From Ministeria vibrans ATCC 50519 (Eukaryota > Protista > Filasterea): a DNA stretch of 49,169 nucleotides. This document shows positions 1-16,430 of the stretch, piece after piece (the first letter of the stretch is position 1; every line of letters starts with the position of its first letter). The stretch covers positions 1-49,169 of the forward strand of contig CALSCP010000335.1 in NCBI GenBank assembly GCA_943704425.1. Reading direction: 5' to 3'. The translations under genes and the position numbers were made by a program. The notes beneath the pieces are model-generated. The model had not been told where the DNA came from, ran no database searches, and saw nothing but the letters and a program-made list of their open reading frames with translations.

Positions 1-135
1 TACTTCGTCGAGCGAGTGTGATGCGGCGGACACAATGAGGTGTGCACAGCGGTCAGTAGGCATTTTGGAGACATTGCTCTCCTGTGCGGAAGTCCCCACT
101 TCGTTCGCTGATGCCCCAAACAAACGCACTACACA
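1..135 (-). repeat. Duplicated copy of a DHRS7-like exon region (matches 3169-3299)
   Basis: Near-identical to 3169-3299, differing by 2 substitutions and a 4-bp indel. The copy probably continues left of the window. Confidence 0.9.
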
Positions 136-142
136 CGTTTCA

Positions 143-360
143 ATGAAAGGGCGCACAGTCATCACCATCGCACACCGTCTGAGCACCATCCGCACAGCCG
201 ACTCCATTGCCGTTCTCGGCGACACTCGCATTGTCGAGCCGCCCGACTCGAGCGTGGCTCATACCATCAGCTTATGCAATATGATGACGGTGCTTTTAGG
301 CGTTTGGTTGAACCTCAGACATTCTCTCCTCTCTGGATTTTCTCCTATCTATATGAATAA
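143..360 (+). pseudogene. C-terminal fragment of an ABCB-type ABC transporter, frameshifted
   Basis: Translates as MKGRTVITIAHRLSTIRTADSIAVLGDTRIVE (H-switch AHRLST). After removing 14 nt (239-252) it continues RGSYHQLMQYDDGAFRRLV. No upstream Walker motifs; the fragment abuts the DHRS7 duplicate. Confidence 0.75.
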
Positions 361-1821
361 TTATCATTTCACTTTTTTTTTTTTGTGTTTTTTTGTTTAT
401 GATGTGATCTTTTTAAATGAATCAATTCGTTCGTGCTGCGGATCGACAGACGCCTCGTCGTGAGCAGGCCAAGCCTGTGGACGGAATGTCACCACCCGAT
501 TCGGGCGTGTGCTATGCGGGGGAGGACGCGGAAGACGACTCGACGATGTGATGGTGGAGAAGGAAGTAAAAAGGAAGGAAGAAGGAAGCGTTGCGGGCGG
601 CGCGAGTCGCTCGCTGGCAACGTCGGCTGCTCGTGGACACCATCGAGTTGTGTGGCGACCCCGAGTTTGCCGGTGTGCTTCAGAAGCGTATGCCCGAGCT
701 GCCCTGCTTTAGGCTGTAGGGTGGTGTGGGAGGGAATGGTGTGTTCTCGTGTGAGACGGTTTGTTTTGTGATATACGTGGAATGCACCGACAGAAAATTT
801 GAATAAGTCTTCCTTGCTTGGGAACTTCCTTGCTTGGCTGTATTGCTTCGCACCAACTCGTTTTAGGTGACAATCGTTTCTGTTTTCGACAGAAGTGTGC
901 ATGTGGCAGACGTAACACTGCCGCCGGGAGTCGTGGTGTCGCCAACAGCCATGGGAGAGTCGGTAGAGTCGGGGTTAGTTCCGCGATCCTCGTCAAAGTC
1001 GCAAGTACCACCCGGCTTGGCATCGACGTTAACGATATCGTTATCTCCATCGTCCTCAACCCAGAGAACGGTTCCCAACCCCAAGTTCGTCGCCTCAAGG
1101 AAGCAGAAGTAGAAATTAGTGGCCAACTCCGTGCAGCGACCACGGTTGAACCGGGAGGAGTCGGCAAAGGACGCGAGCTGACCAGCATCAAAACTACTGT
1201 CAGACTCAACACCAATGTTGCTGCCAGAACTGTGAGAAAAGGGATTAGTATCAAACAAGACGAGTCAGTCTTCTATACCAGTAGAACTCAGCACGGCAAC
1301 GAGTGAAGCCCGCGTTGACAGCGGTCGTGGCGACCAAAACAACGAGAAGAACTTTCCTGCGAAAGAAAACCGGTTCACAACCAAATCACATCAGACAAAC
1401 TCACTCAGACACCATGTAAGTAAATGTGCGACGAATATAAGCGATAAAAACAAGCCAGAGGATGGAAGAAGGATGCAAAAAAAGGCAAGGCAAGAAGGAA
1501 GGAAGAAGGAAGCAAGAAGTGCCAAACTTTTGCAAAAATGCTCGGGGTATGGCGTGCACCAAACACCGACAGTCTGTTACAACCAAAACGCCAATTTAAG
1601 AAACGGAAGGTGTATCAGAGCGAGAGGGATAAGGACACTCCCATTTTTTTTTTTGATGTTGAGATTTCGTTGAGATTGGTTGCAACCGATCGTGGATGCA
1701 GCGAAGAGAAGGCTCATCCAAACACTGTACAATCAAGTGTTATCACGAATGACATCACTTGTCTCAGAGTGGGTGTGGTTACTGCAAATAGACGCAGGCA
1801 GAGGGACAGACCATGTTTGAG

Positions 1822-1860
<39 letters not shown>

Positions 1861-2230
1861 CGTATCAAAACTATTCGCAGCGTATCGTTGACGAATGCAA
1901 CGCACGAGGATTCAAAACAAGATAAACAGCGACTATTGGGGAAAACCCACACGAAATTCAGCGAGTAAGACGAAAATGAGGGAAAAGGAAGGGAAAAGAT
2001 CCGGAAAAGGAACTTAAAAGGAACATGTATTCGATTCACTCTATCTCTCTGAAGTCTTTCAAGTCTAATCACTCTAATGGGTCAAATTCGTGCATAACTT
2101 ACAGAAGAGCAGTCATGAACAAAGGAAAGAGGATGAAAAGAGGTCAAGTAGGAATAAATCTGTAAAATCAGTAAAATATTCAGAATTCAGAATTGTCAAA
2201 ATAATTATAATAATTATTGCGATTGTGACA

Positions 2231-2331
2231 ATGGTGGACCTACGTCGTGCGTTCGACTCAGTCTGGCGGCCGGGCTTGTACTACCAGCTACTCACAGCAG
2301 GGGCGTCAGCGGGGACGGTAGCGATGATCAG
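2231..2331 (+). mobile_element. Non-LTR retrotransposon (LINE) reverse transcriptase fragment, cut by an assembly gap
   Basis: MVDLRRAFDSVWRPGLYYQLLTAGASAGTVAMI matches the LINE RT 'D(L/F)xKAFDSV' motif and the following helix. It runs directly into the N gap at 2332-2533. Confidence 0.7.
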
Positions 2332-2533
2332 NNNNNNNNNNNNNNNNNNNNNNNNNNNNNNNNNNNNNNNNNNNNNNNNNNNNNNNNNNNNNNNNNNNNN
2401 NNNNNNNNNNNNNNNNNNNNNNNNNNNNNNNNNNNNNNNNNNNNNNNNNNNNNNNNNNNNNNNNNNNNNNNNNNNNNNNNNNNNNNNNNNNNNNNNNNNN
2501 NNNNNNNNNNNNNNNNNNNNNNNNNNNNNNNNN

Positions 2534-4299
<1,766 letters not shown>

Positions 4300-4490
4300 G
4301 ACGAGTCACGAGTGGACGACAAGGCAAAGAATACAAAAAAGTATACTATTCACTGTTGAAAGGTAACAAAGAAAATGAATCGTAATTCGTATAATCGTAT
4401 GACGTATCGTAATTCGTCGTAGTAGTAAGTAAAGTGTGTGTGTATTTCCTGTATAAAACTTTTTTTGCACGTCAATGACTCAATGATTAA

Positions 4491-5300
4491 TCACTTATCA
4501 ATGTGTTTGAAATACAAGGAGCAGAGTGTGTGGGTTGTAGGATTCGTCATATTGATAATACAGTCGCGTGTCAGTCGGTGGTGCAGAACTCCCGCATGAT
4601 GAAGAGCGGCAATGTGGTGGAAGGCGCTCATACGCTCGTCGACTCGGTCTTGTCCCACAGCCAATCGAGCCAGGTGAGCGGGAATGTGAAGCGCTGAGTT
4701 CACCACATCAGTCGACTGTGGCTCATACAAATGGCGAATGTGTTCTTCACCTGCCGCCAAAAAATCATTCTTCCCCAACGCCTTCTCGCCAAGACGTAAC
4801 TTGCGTTCAAGCCGTGCGTTCAGAAAGGACAGACCGCAGCTTTCAGTCAGGGTCAGGCGCGATGGAAAGGCCGAGTACAGAGCTTGCTCAAAAGCACTTG
4901 CGACTGTACCCGAGAACACACGACAGAACAAATGCGTGACAGCCCTGCCTTGACGCACAGTGCAGATGAAGTCGCTCTCCTGGAAGTGCAGTCCACTGAG
5001 TCCAGTCTCCTCTTTGAACTCCCGAGTCATTGTGTCGTAAGCTGACCTGTCGCGTTTGTCGACTTTGCCGCCTGCAAACGCATGCTCGCCCAGGTAATTC
5101 GTCAGCGTGAGGATGCGGGGTGCAGGGGGCTTGAAAAACGTGCCATCAGTCTCGTCTGCTCCGTCAGGGGCAACCGGAATGGTCGAGAAGCACAAATCAG
5201 GCACTAGGACGACTGTTCCGTAGCATTTCGCTCCTTTTCTAGCGCCATTCGGAGGCCGTAAGTCTAATTCAAACTTGGGCTCGCTCGCAGCCGCACACAT
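4491..5300 (-). CDS. Nudix hydrolase, NUDT16 (U8 decapping enzyme)-like
   Basis: Nudix box FAGGKVDKRDRSAYDTMTREFKEETGL. The flanks (FQESDF..., VTHLF, ESCGL) resemble NUDT16. Intronless 269-aa ORF. Confidence 0.75.
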   Translation of the reverse strand: MCAAASEPKFELDLRPPNGARKGAKCYGTVVLVPDLCFSTIPVAPDGADETDGTFFKPPAPRILTLTNYLGEHAFAGGKVDKRDRSAYDTMTREFKEETGLSGLHFQESDFICTVRQGRAVTHLFCRVFSGTVASAFEQALYSAFPSRLTLTESCGLSFLNARLERKLRLGEKALGKNDFLAAGEEHIRHLYEPQSTDVVNSALHIPAHLARLAVGQDRVDERMSAFHHIAALHHAGVLHHRLTRDCIINMTNPTTHTLCSLYFKHIDK

Positions 5301-5390
5301 GACTGTGAAAAATTAAAAATCACTCAAAAGTGAATCATTATAACATCATATTGATCGTACTATTTACTCAGCACAGTTCGACGAACTTCG

Positions 5391-6636
5391 ATGAGTAATT
5401 TCTTGTTCTTTATGTGGTCGTTTGTCGCGCTGGCACGCACCTTGGCGATTGCAACACACGGCCGCTTGTTTGGTTCGAGAGCAGTAGCAGCAGCAGCAGG
5501 CGCAGTGTCGTCGAGATCCAAAACGACAGCGAACCATCAGCAGAGCAATGGCGCCGAGACGGACGCTGCCGAGGACTACGACGGAGCCTTTATGTACGTA
5601 GCCGAACCCGACCCTCTTGCCGGGCCGTTGGTGGACTTTGCCGTGCTGCCGCTTGCCTACGAGCGGACGGTGTCGTATCGGACGGGAACGGCAGACGGAC
5701 CGTTGGCCTGCATTGCATCAACGGCCCAAGTAGAGCTGTTTGACGAGCGACTGGCGACGGACATGCCCTGTGGCAAGCATGTGTGCACAGCAGACGAGTG
5801 GCGCTGGAAGGGGACGACGGAAGCGAGTGTGGAAGAGCAACTGGACAGCTTAGTGAACCATCTGCGGCCCTGGTTCAACGGATCGCTCTTTCCACTCGCA
5901 CTCGGCGGCGAACACGGCATTCTTCCGCCGCTCCTTCGTGCCGCGCAGCTGGAACACCCGCTGCTTGAAGGCTCGCTCTCAAAGCTCACATTGGTCCAAA
6001 TTGATGCACATTGCGACTTGCGCGATACTTATGACGGCGAACGCTACTCGCACGCGTGTGCCCTGCGTCGCGCACTTGATCTTGGCGTTGCGCACTTGTA
6101 CCAGTGCGGCATGCGAGCCGTGTCGCGCGAAGAGCACGAGTACGCCGCACAGGATGCGCGCGTGACAACACTCTCTGCGCGCACCATGCACAGCCATCCC
6201 GAGGCGTTTGCCGCGTTTCTCAACACGCTGCGCTCCCTCAAGGGACCCGTTCACCTGACACTTGACATTGATGGTCTCGATGCGCCCCTGGTGCCCCATA
6301 CTGGCACGCCCGTGTACGCTGAGCGCGCATGTGAGCCTGATCCCACTGATTTGTTGTTCTTGTTCTTTTGACAGGCCTGGCGGGCTCACCTACTGGCAAG
6401 CAGTGGACGTAATTGAAGCGGTGTTTTCAGCGCCTCTTGCTCAAGTGATCTCGGCCGACATCAACGAGATCGTGCCTGGCCGTGAGACGGTTGTGACGCA
6501 GTTCACGTCGGCGATGCTTGCTGCACAGGTGTTTGCAAGTCACCTGGTCGCTCGCGCAGAGGGTCGCTGGACCTCAACCGGTGCTGGCGCCGGACGAGTA
6601 CGTGCGCCAACGCACGGTGTGTATTTCACTCAATAG
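5391..6636 (+). CDS. Agmatinase / ureohydrolase family (one intron 6314-6374)
   Basis: Motifs LGGEHG, QIDAHCDLRD, YSHAC, TLDIDGLD, TGTPV|PGGL and DINE. The N-terminus looks like a targeting peptide. Confidence 0.9.
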
Positions 6637-6855
6637 ATCAAACAACCTTGTATTTCTATTTGATTCATGATTGATCTCACTGATGACTTGGCTCTATGAT
6701 CTTATTCGTCTCCACAGTCCAGACCTCTCTTTTTTCTTCTTTGCAGTGATTAAATAAGTACGCTGATATAACAAGGTATGCACGAATGGTGTTGGGAGGA
6801 GTGCCTTTGGTCTTGTTTGGACAGCGAAGAGAAAAGGACCAAAAAAANNNNNNNN

Positions 6856-6973
6856 CTCTAACCCTAACCCTAACCCTAACCCTAACCCTAACCCTAACCC
6901 TAACCCTAACCCTAACCCTAACCCTAACCCTAACCCTAACCCTAACCCTAACCCTAACCCTAACCCTAACCCC
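6856..6973 (+). repeat. Telomeric repeat tract (CCCTAA)n = (TTAGGG)n
   Basis: About 19 perfect hexamers immediately after a short N gap. Confidence 0.95.
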
Positions 6974-7267
6974 AATGTTTACAAAAGTTTTCTCATAACT
7001 GGTGCCGTGCGTGCAACCACTACTCTGGATCAACTGTTAGTGGTATGTTATGGTTATGATACCCAGTTAATAAACCAGGCTCGGATCATTTGGTTCACAC
7101 TGGTTTATAGCCTGAACTAATAACTGGAGAATCTAATCTGCGACGGGGGCGCCACGACTCCACCAACGACAGCGACCCCAGGCATTGGCTACAGTCACTC
7201 TTTATTACTACTTTGCTCAGCCAATAGTCGACGCACTAACCGGATCGTGTTCGGCGTAACCGGAACG

Positions 7268-8042
7268 TCAGGAAGTTAGCGCTTTTAATAGTAGTTGCGA
7301 TTCCTCTTCTTCTGAGAAATCAAGATCATCTTCATCAGTACGGTACTTTCCAGGACGGTAAGTGAGCTGCCCGATAGTGATATGGGCTTTTTGCTCAATT
7401 ACGAGGTGTAGTTTGTCGACATCGGCACGTGCTGGATCGAGGGCCGCAGGGTTTGCACCGTTTGTTTGAAAGGACTGCAGCCACATGGTGAAGTGCCAGT
7501 GAATCCACTCTTTTCCTATCGTCGTGCCCTTATCGTTAAAGGCCCGCTTTGTCTTGCTTGATGAGAGTCCGACAGGATAAATATTGGCTGGCAACGTAAG
7601 TGCCGACATCGTATCGGCGAATTGATCGCCATAGCACTGGGTGAAAGCGAGGACAATCATACGGTTTTGATTAATGAGAGGCTTAAGGAGAATTTGCAGC
7701 CCCTTGAAGAAGCGAATGCCCCCCCAGAGGAGGCTGGCTGTCCAACGGATGACGGAACTTGGAAGCTCCCTGGCGAAAAACTCGCCGTTAGAGCTCTTGA
7801 TGCCGTGACCAGACACGGAGAACACAAAGGGCACGCTGATGTCGAGATTCTTGGCCTGCTCAACAAAGGCTTCGAGCGTGTCGTTGAGTTCGCTTAGACG
7901 CCCACTACGTATAGCGTATAGCGCCGCCGCCGCCTTCTTTGTACGGGTAAAACTCGTCGTTGCAAAACAGCTTGACGCGCATTGCAAGCTCGTCGCCTTT
8001 ATGTGGGCTCTGGGGGCAGTACTGAACCACAAATGGCTTCAT
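7268..8042 (-). pseudogene. Caspase/metacaspase-like (clan CD peptidase fold) gene frameshifted by a 7-bp tandem duplication
   Basis: ATG 8042 gives MKPFVVQYCPQSPHKGDELAMR... Removing one GTATAGC copy (7909-7922) yields one 255-aa ORF with FVFSVSGHG and VLAFTQCYG, a His-Gly/Cys dyad pattern. Confidence 0.55.
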
Positions 8043-8797
8043 AATTGTGCTACTCTAAGAATTTGGAAAATTTTGATGAACGCAGTTATCGATACAACAA
8101 TCCATACTTAACTCGTTCTGCAATCGCAATCCCATAACCACTCTACACCCTCTGCGCAACACGGCACGTTGTAACATGCGCCGACAGAAAATCGAACAAC
8201 CGCAAACAAAAAAAAAAAGGAAATAAGCGAGAATGCCAGCCACGCAAAATCCCCGCCCTCTCACGCCCCGCCACCATGCCATTTGCACAACTAGTAACAC
8301 ACACAACCCATACAACCCCTGCGCAACACGGCACGCTGTGGCATGCGCCAATTGGAAATTTCGTGAGCAAGAGGTAAAGGCAAAAGCGCACGCAAACCCC
8401 TTGTATTTGCACCCCAGGGCATATACACCCCCTGGATCCAATAGTGGAGAAAAAATTGACTTACTGTTGAGTATTAAAGAAAATTGAAAATTGTGAAATG
8501 TGAATTTTGAATTGAAGTTGTGACTGTTGAGAGTCTTATGTTGGCTTAAATCAATAAAAGTCACTTGAAAGTTTATTTAAATAAATAAAAATCTTGACTC
8601 TTCCACAAAACCCCTCAAAAACCTCTTCAACGATCGATTTGACTGAAACGAACACAGATGCCCGTGTCAGTTATAGGCTTCCACAGTGCCTTGAAAAATG
8701 ATTTGTGTGGCTGTTAACATGGAATTAGAGTGAAAATCGAGAGAAACAAAAACGAAACACTCATTTTCATAACATACCACCTGTGACGCCTGAAATC

Positions 8798-8873
8798 ACT
8801 CTCTCTCTTTGTCTCTCTCTCTCTCTCTTGAACTCTCTCTCTCTCTTTCTCTCTGTCTCTGTCTCTCTCTGTC

Positions 8874-8932
<59 letters not shown>

Positions 8933-9053
8933 AACTCTTGAACTCTTGAACTCTTGAACTCTTGAACTCTCTCTTGAACTCTTGATCTCTCTCTCTCTTG
9001 AACTCTCTCTCTCTCTTGATCTCTCTCTCTCTCTTGAACTCTCTCTTGAACTC
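8798..9053. repeat. Compound microsatellite (CT)n/(CTCTTGAA)n
   Basis: Directly visible tandem repeats. Confidence 0.9.
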
Positions 9054-9074
9054 TAAATCATATGTGTATTGCAG

Positions 9075-10491
9075 TGTTCATCTCGGAGATGGAACACGCA
9101 CAGGAGCTCAAACGTCGCTCGACTTTGTTGCGCCGCACAAAGACACTCTCGCTTGTGCCGGGCGGAAAGGTAAGTTAATATTGTTCTCTACTTCACTTTG
9201 TCCAACCCTCGTGTTTCTTCTTTTTTTTTTTTTTGAAGACTCGAGTGCAGAGCGATGCGATGATTGAGCGACAGATGCCGTTGAAGCAAGGTTCTGTGTT
9301 GAAGCAGGCGGGTGAAGGAGGCAAATGGCGACGGAAGTACATTGCGCTGTTGCCCAGTGCGCTCGAGTACTACGCCAGCGAGAGTGACTATCTGCAAGCG
9401 GAAGGGGGTAAACGCATTGAACTGGTCAGTTGCACTGTCAAAGTACCCGTGACGCGTGCGTCCCAGGCAGCAGCGGCTGCTGCCGCGTCAGCAGCTGCGT
9501 CTGCCGCCGCCACAGCCGACGATGCCACTCCTCACACTCCCCAGCACTCGTCCACGAGGAATTCACTGCCCCCAACTCCCATCACTGCGTCCTCCCCGAT
9601 CTCCGCCGACTCTAACAACCACACGCACACCACTAACAGCAACAACAAGCGAGTCTCAATGAGCATGGCGTCCGTCGACGACGACGATGACTCCGACACC
9701 GACTCATTCCCTCTCCCCGTCCCCATCAGCTCCCCCTCCTCCTCCACCACCACCTCCTCCGCCCGTCTTGGCAAAGGCTTCTTCTTCTCCATCATCAGCA
9801 TGCGGGGCACCAGCTGGAGCTTTCAGACTGGCTCGCAGGCCGAAAACGACATGTGGATCGAGGCCATCAACAAACAAATCTACATCTCTCTCACCGCAAA
9901 CACAAGCGACAAAACCAGAGTATGCGTTGCTGTTTTGAGAGACTACCTCGTCTCCCTGAGATATATTTTTACCTCCGTCTTTCCGTTTTAGGCGTCTTCT
10001 GGTGGCACCGCATCGGTGCAAGTGTCGCAGAAGAACCCGGAGCACATGAAAACGATTCAGGCAGTGCCGGGCAACGACAAGTGCGCCGACTGCGGTGCGC
10101 CCAATCCCGTCTGGGCCTCCATCAACTTGGGCACTCTTATATGCATTGCCTGCTCTGGCATCCATCGCAATCTGGGGGTGCACATTTCCCGTGTGCGCTC
10201 TCTCAATCTCGACGATCTCCCCGATGAAGTGATTCGCGTCATGTGCTACATTGGTAATGATGTTGCCAATGCTGTTTGGGAGGCAGTTGTGCCCCCAGAG
10301 GTCCCCAAACCCTCCCAGGAGTCAACTCGGTACAAATATTGTGAATCAAACCTGCCTCTCGTCTGCTCACCTTCTTTTTTTGCGCCTGCGTGTGTATTAG
10401 TGAGATGAAAGAGGCTTGGTGTCGTGCAAAATATGTTGAAAAGAAGTTTTTGGACTTTGCCAAACTCGATGCGGGTCTCAGTATTGGAAAG
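9075..10491 (+). CDS. AGAP/centaurin-gamma-like split-PH + ArfGAP protein (multi-exon; both ends unresolved)
   Basis: PH domain [13 protein letters not shown]...WRRKYIAL...[11 protein letters not shown] with a long low-complexity insert, then [14 protein letters not shown]. ArfGAP zinc finger CADC...[31 protein letters not shown], followed by KEAWCRAKY. Confidence 0.8.
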
Positions 10492-10518
10492 GTCAGTTGC
10501 AAATGACACTCTCCCCGC

Positions 10519-10551
<33 letters not shown>

Positions 10552-10773
10552 GGTTTTTGGCTGTCGCTTGTCGTAGGCGTCGACTGGGTCTGCGTGGGCG
10601 CCCGTGTGCAGGAGATATCCATCATACGTTGGATGGCGTGTTGCATGGTGTCGTTTTCCTGTTATGAAATCATTTTTATTTCAATCTGTTGAGCAACTTT
10701 TTTTTTTTTTCTCTCATTGAACATTATTTTCTCTCTCTCCCTCTCTCTCTTTCTCTCTCTCTTTCACCATTAG

Positions 10774-11158
10774 ATGCGCTACATCGCTGCCTACCTGCTC
10801 CTCGCCAACGCCGGCAAAGAGGCCAACGCCGCCAACATCAAGGCTGTCCTTTCCTCCGTGGGAATCGATGCGGACGAGGAGGCGCTCAACAAGGTAGGGA
10901 GGAAAACGGAGAACGAGGCATTGTGTGACAGACGGCTGCAACGCATTGTAGGTTGTCTCTGAGATGAAGGGCAAGACCGTCGAGGAGATGATCGCTGCCG
11001 GCAACGAGAAGCTCGCCGCTGTGCCGTCGGGTGGCGCTGCTGCCGCTGGTGGTGCTCCGGCTGCCGCGGGGGGTGCTGCGCCCGCCGCCGAGGCCAAGAA
11101 GGAGGCTGTCAAGGAGGAGTCGTCCGACGACGACATGGGCTTTGGTCTTTTCGACTAA
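10774..11158 (+). CDS. RPLP2: 60S acidic ribosomal protein P2 (intron 10894-10951)
   Basis: MRYIAAYLL..., an Ala/Gly hinge, and the C-terminal [14 protein letters not shown]. Confidence 0.97.
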
Positions 11159-11234
11159 AAATACACACCCCACAGTCCTTTGTCACTCTTTTATGTCTTC
11201 AAATTGGGTGCTTTGATAGTAAACATTAATATTG

Positions 11235-14310
<3,076 letters not shown>

Positions 14311-14467
14311 GGATGAGTGAGCAACTCTGAATATGATCAATATGTGTGGCACAATGACTCTACTTTCTCGTTCTACTCTGTCACAGAATAGTTACAGATC
14401 AGTCGAGTTGTGTTTCTTTTAACTCCACCACCTTTACTTAACATCTGCATTTGATACGTGACCCACC

Positions 14468-16207
14468 ATGTGCTTCGACCAGAAAACCTCGGCCTTCTTC
14501 ACGCTGTGTGGCGTTGCCATGACGGTCTACGCGTACCGCCGCTACAAGAACTTCTACATGGCCGTCGGCATCGGTTGGTTCACCCTTATGGAATTCCGTA
14601 AGTCGTCTTTTGCGCCAGAGTGTGTGTGCATTGGTGACATGTGTGCACTGAGAGAGAACGAGAGAAAAAAAAAATTTGTGCTGCTACACCGCAAAATCTG
14701 TTTTTGCTGCGTTTTTAAGGGTGGTTTCTTGTCCATGGAATAGTGTACACGTGGTGAATGCGTGTGGTAGTGTGCGCGGGTGTTAAAAGCGAACAGAATC
14801 TGCGCAAAACTTGTTCAGAGGTTTGTTCCGACCTCCATGCACATTCCGCCAACTTCAAGCGATTGAGGGTGTTTCACGCCGATTTTCGCACGCATGTGTA
14901 CTGTACACGTTGTGAAAGTGGCTATCCAGCGCAACGTGCTGCGCTGCGCTGCTTCCAGCGTCCGTTTGCGACTGTCACGAGAATCGTTTGCCGGTCTTCA
15001 CGTGTTGCCCTCTCCTGCCTCTCGTCCGTGTTGTCTCTGTCCAGCTATTGTGTTGGTGCCCTTAGACCAGTGTGTTCCACCCTTTACGCAACGAATAGGG
15101 CTGTTTTACGCTGCGGTTGTTGAACGCGGTGTTCGACATGAATTTTTTTTTTTTTTTCGTTGACCGTCTGACTTTTCTCTTTTCGGAATTTATTTCAGTC
15201 CAAGCAATCAGCTACAACTACATCAATGACTGCGAGAGCACCGGCAACAAGGTGGTTACCATTCTGGGCTTCCTCCACATCTGCTTCCAGCCCTTCTTCA
15301 CGCATGTCCTCAACTCGGCCATGTCGCGCAGCACCAAACTGCAAGCGCAGGTACACACTGCACCGCACACACATGCATGCACACACACACACTCATCTAC
15401 ATGCACACACACACTCATCTACATGCACAGCTATGCAACCCTTACACTCATCTACATGCACAGCTATTCACACCCTCACACTCATCTACATGCACAGCTA
15501 TTCACAAACACACACTCATCTACATGCACCCATTTCTCTTATTTGCAGTACACCATCATTCTTCGCCTGTCTCTCCTCGCCGGCATCCTCTTCTTCAGTC
15601 GCTACATCATGTACTTTTTCATCCCCTCGATTCCCATCACGTCTGATTTCACCGACTGGAGCGGTGCTTCCCCTGTCAACGGATCCTACCGCACCCCCGA
15701 ATGTAAGAGAAGAACAAGAGAAACTACACTATTTATACCAAATTGTGACGCTAAATCGTACGCGAATGAATTAGGGATCCGTGGCGAGAAGCTGTGCACG
15801 TTTGATGGCAAGTACCACCTGGCGTGGTCCATCCCCATGACCGATCCTTCCTACCTCACCGTCTCCTCGTCCATCCACGCCTTTATGATGTAACACACCA
15901 CGCAAAGCACTAAGCTCACACGCTGACTCACCCATTTATGTTCAGGTTCGGTCCCTTCTTTGTCATGCGTTGGCAGATGATGCTGCAGGGTGCCTTCCTG
16001 TTCCTGTTCGGCCCCTACCTGGCCTCCCTCATCACCCCCAACCTGTGCGAGCAGGCCTCCATCTGGTGCTTCTTCAGCATTGCCCAAATCTTCATCATGG
16101 TCTTTATCGTTGCTCCGTCCCTCGCCAGCAAGAAGGCCCCCGCCGCTGTTGAGGCCAATGGTCATGCCAACGGTGTTACCAACGGCCGTTCCAAGAAGAT
16201 CGACTAA
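14468..16207 (+). CDS. DUF5765-like multi-pass membrane protein (multi-exon)
   Basis: MCF...MEFLQAISY..INDC...LGFLHICFQPFF...CTFDGKYHLAW...GPYLA..T.N..EQASIWCFFSI matches the DUF5765 pattern as recalled. Confidence 0.7.
15388..15530. repeat. Intronic minisatellite, 5 copies of ACACTCATCTACATGCAC
   Basis: Directly visible, with 23-34 bp spacing, inside a DUF5765 intron. Confidence 0.85.
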
Positions 16208-16430
16208 GCTAAACACTTTACTCACTTTAATAATACACGTTATATACATTACTACTCAATTCAAGAAGGAACCGCGTGTTGTCTTTGTACATATTTGTAA
16301 GAAGTAATAAGTCATGTCTAATGTCTAATGTCTTTCTTTTATATTCATTTCTGTCTTCTGATTCTCTGTTTTAAGTGTTTTCTCAGTTCTCACTCTCTTT
16401 TTTTTCTCTCTCTCTCCATCTCTCCTCAAC

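Noticed and set aside
433-1905. Several overlapping 110-180 aa ORFs on both strands
   Set aside because: No recognisable motif or consistent exon chain, so a coding frame cannot be chosen.
6677-7033. ORFs with VRVRVR, GLGLGL or LTLTLT runs
   Set aside because: These are translations of the telomere repeat.
15388-15530. CRISPR-like spaced repeat
   Set aside because: The spacers are short and similar to each other, the context is a eukaryotic intron, and there are no cas genes; it is a minisatellite.
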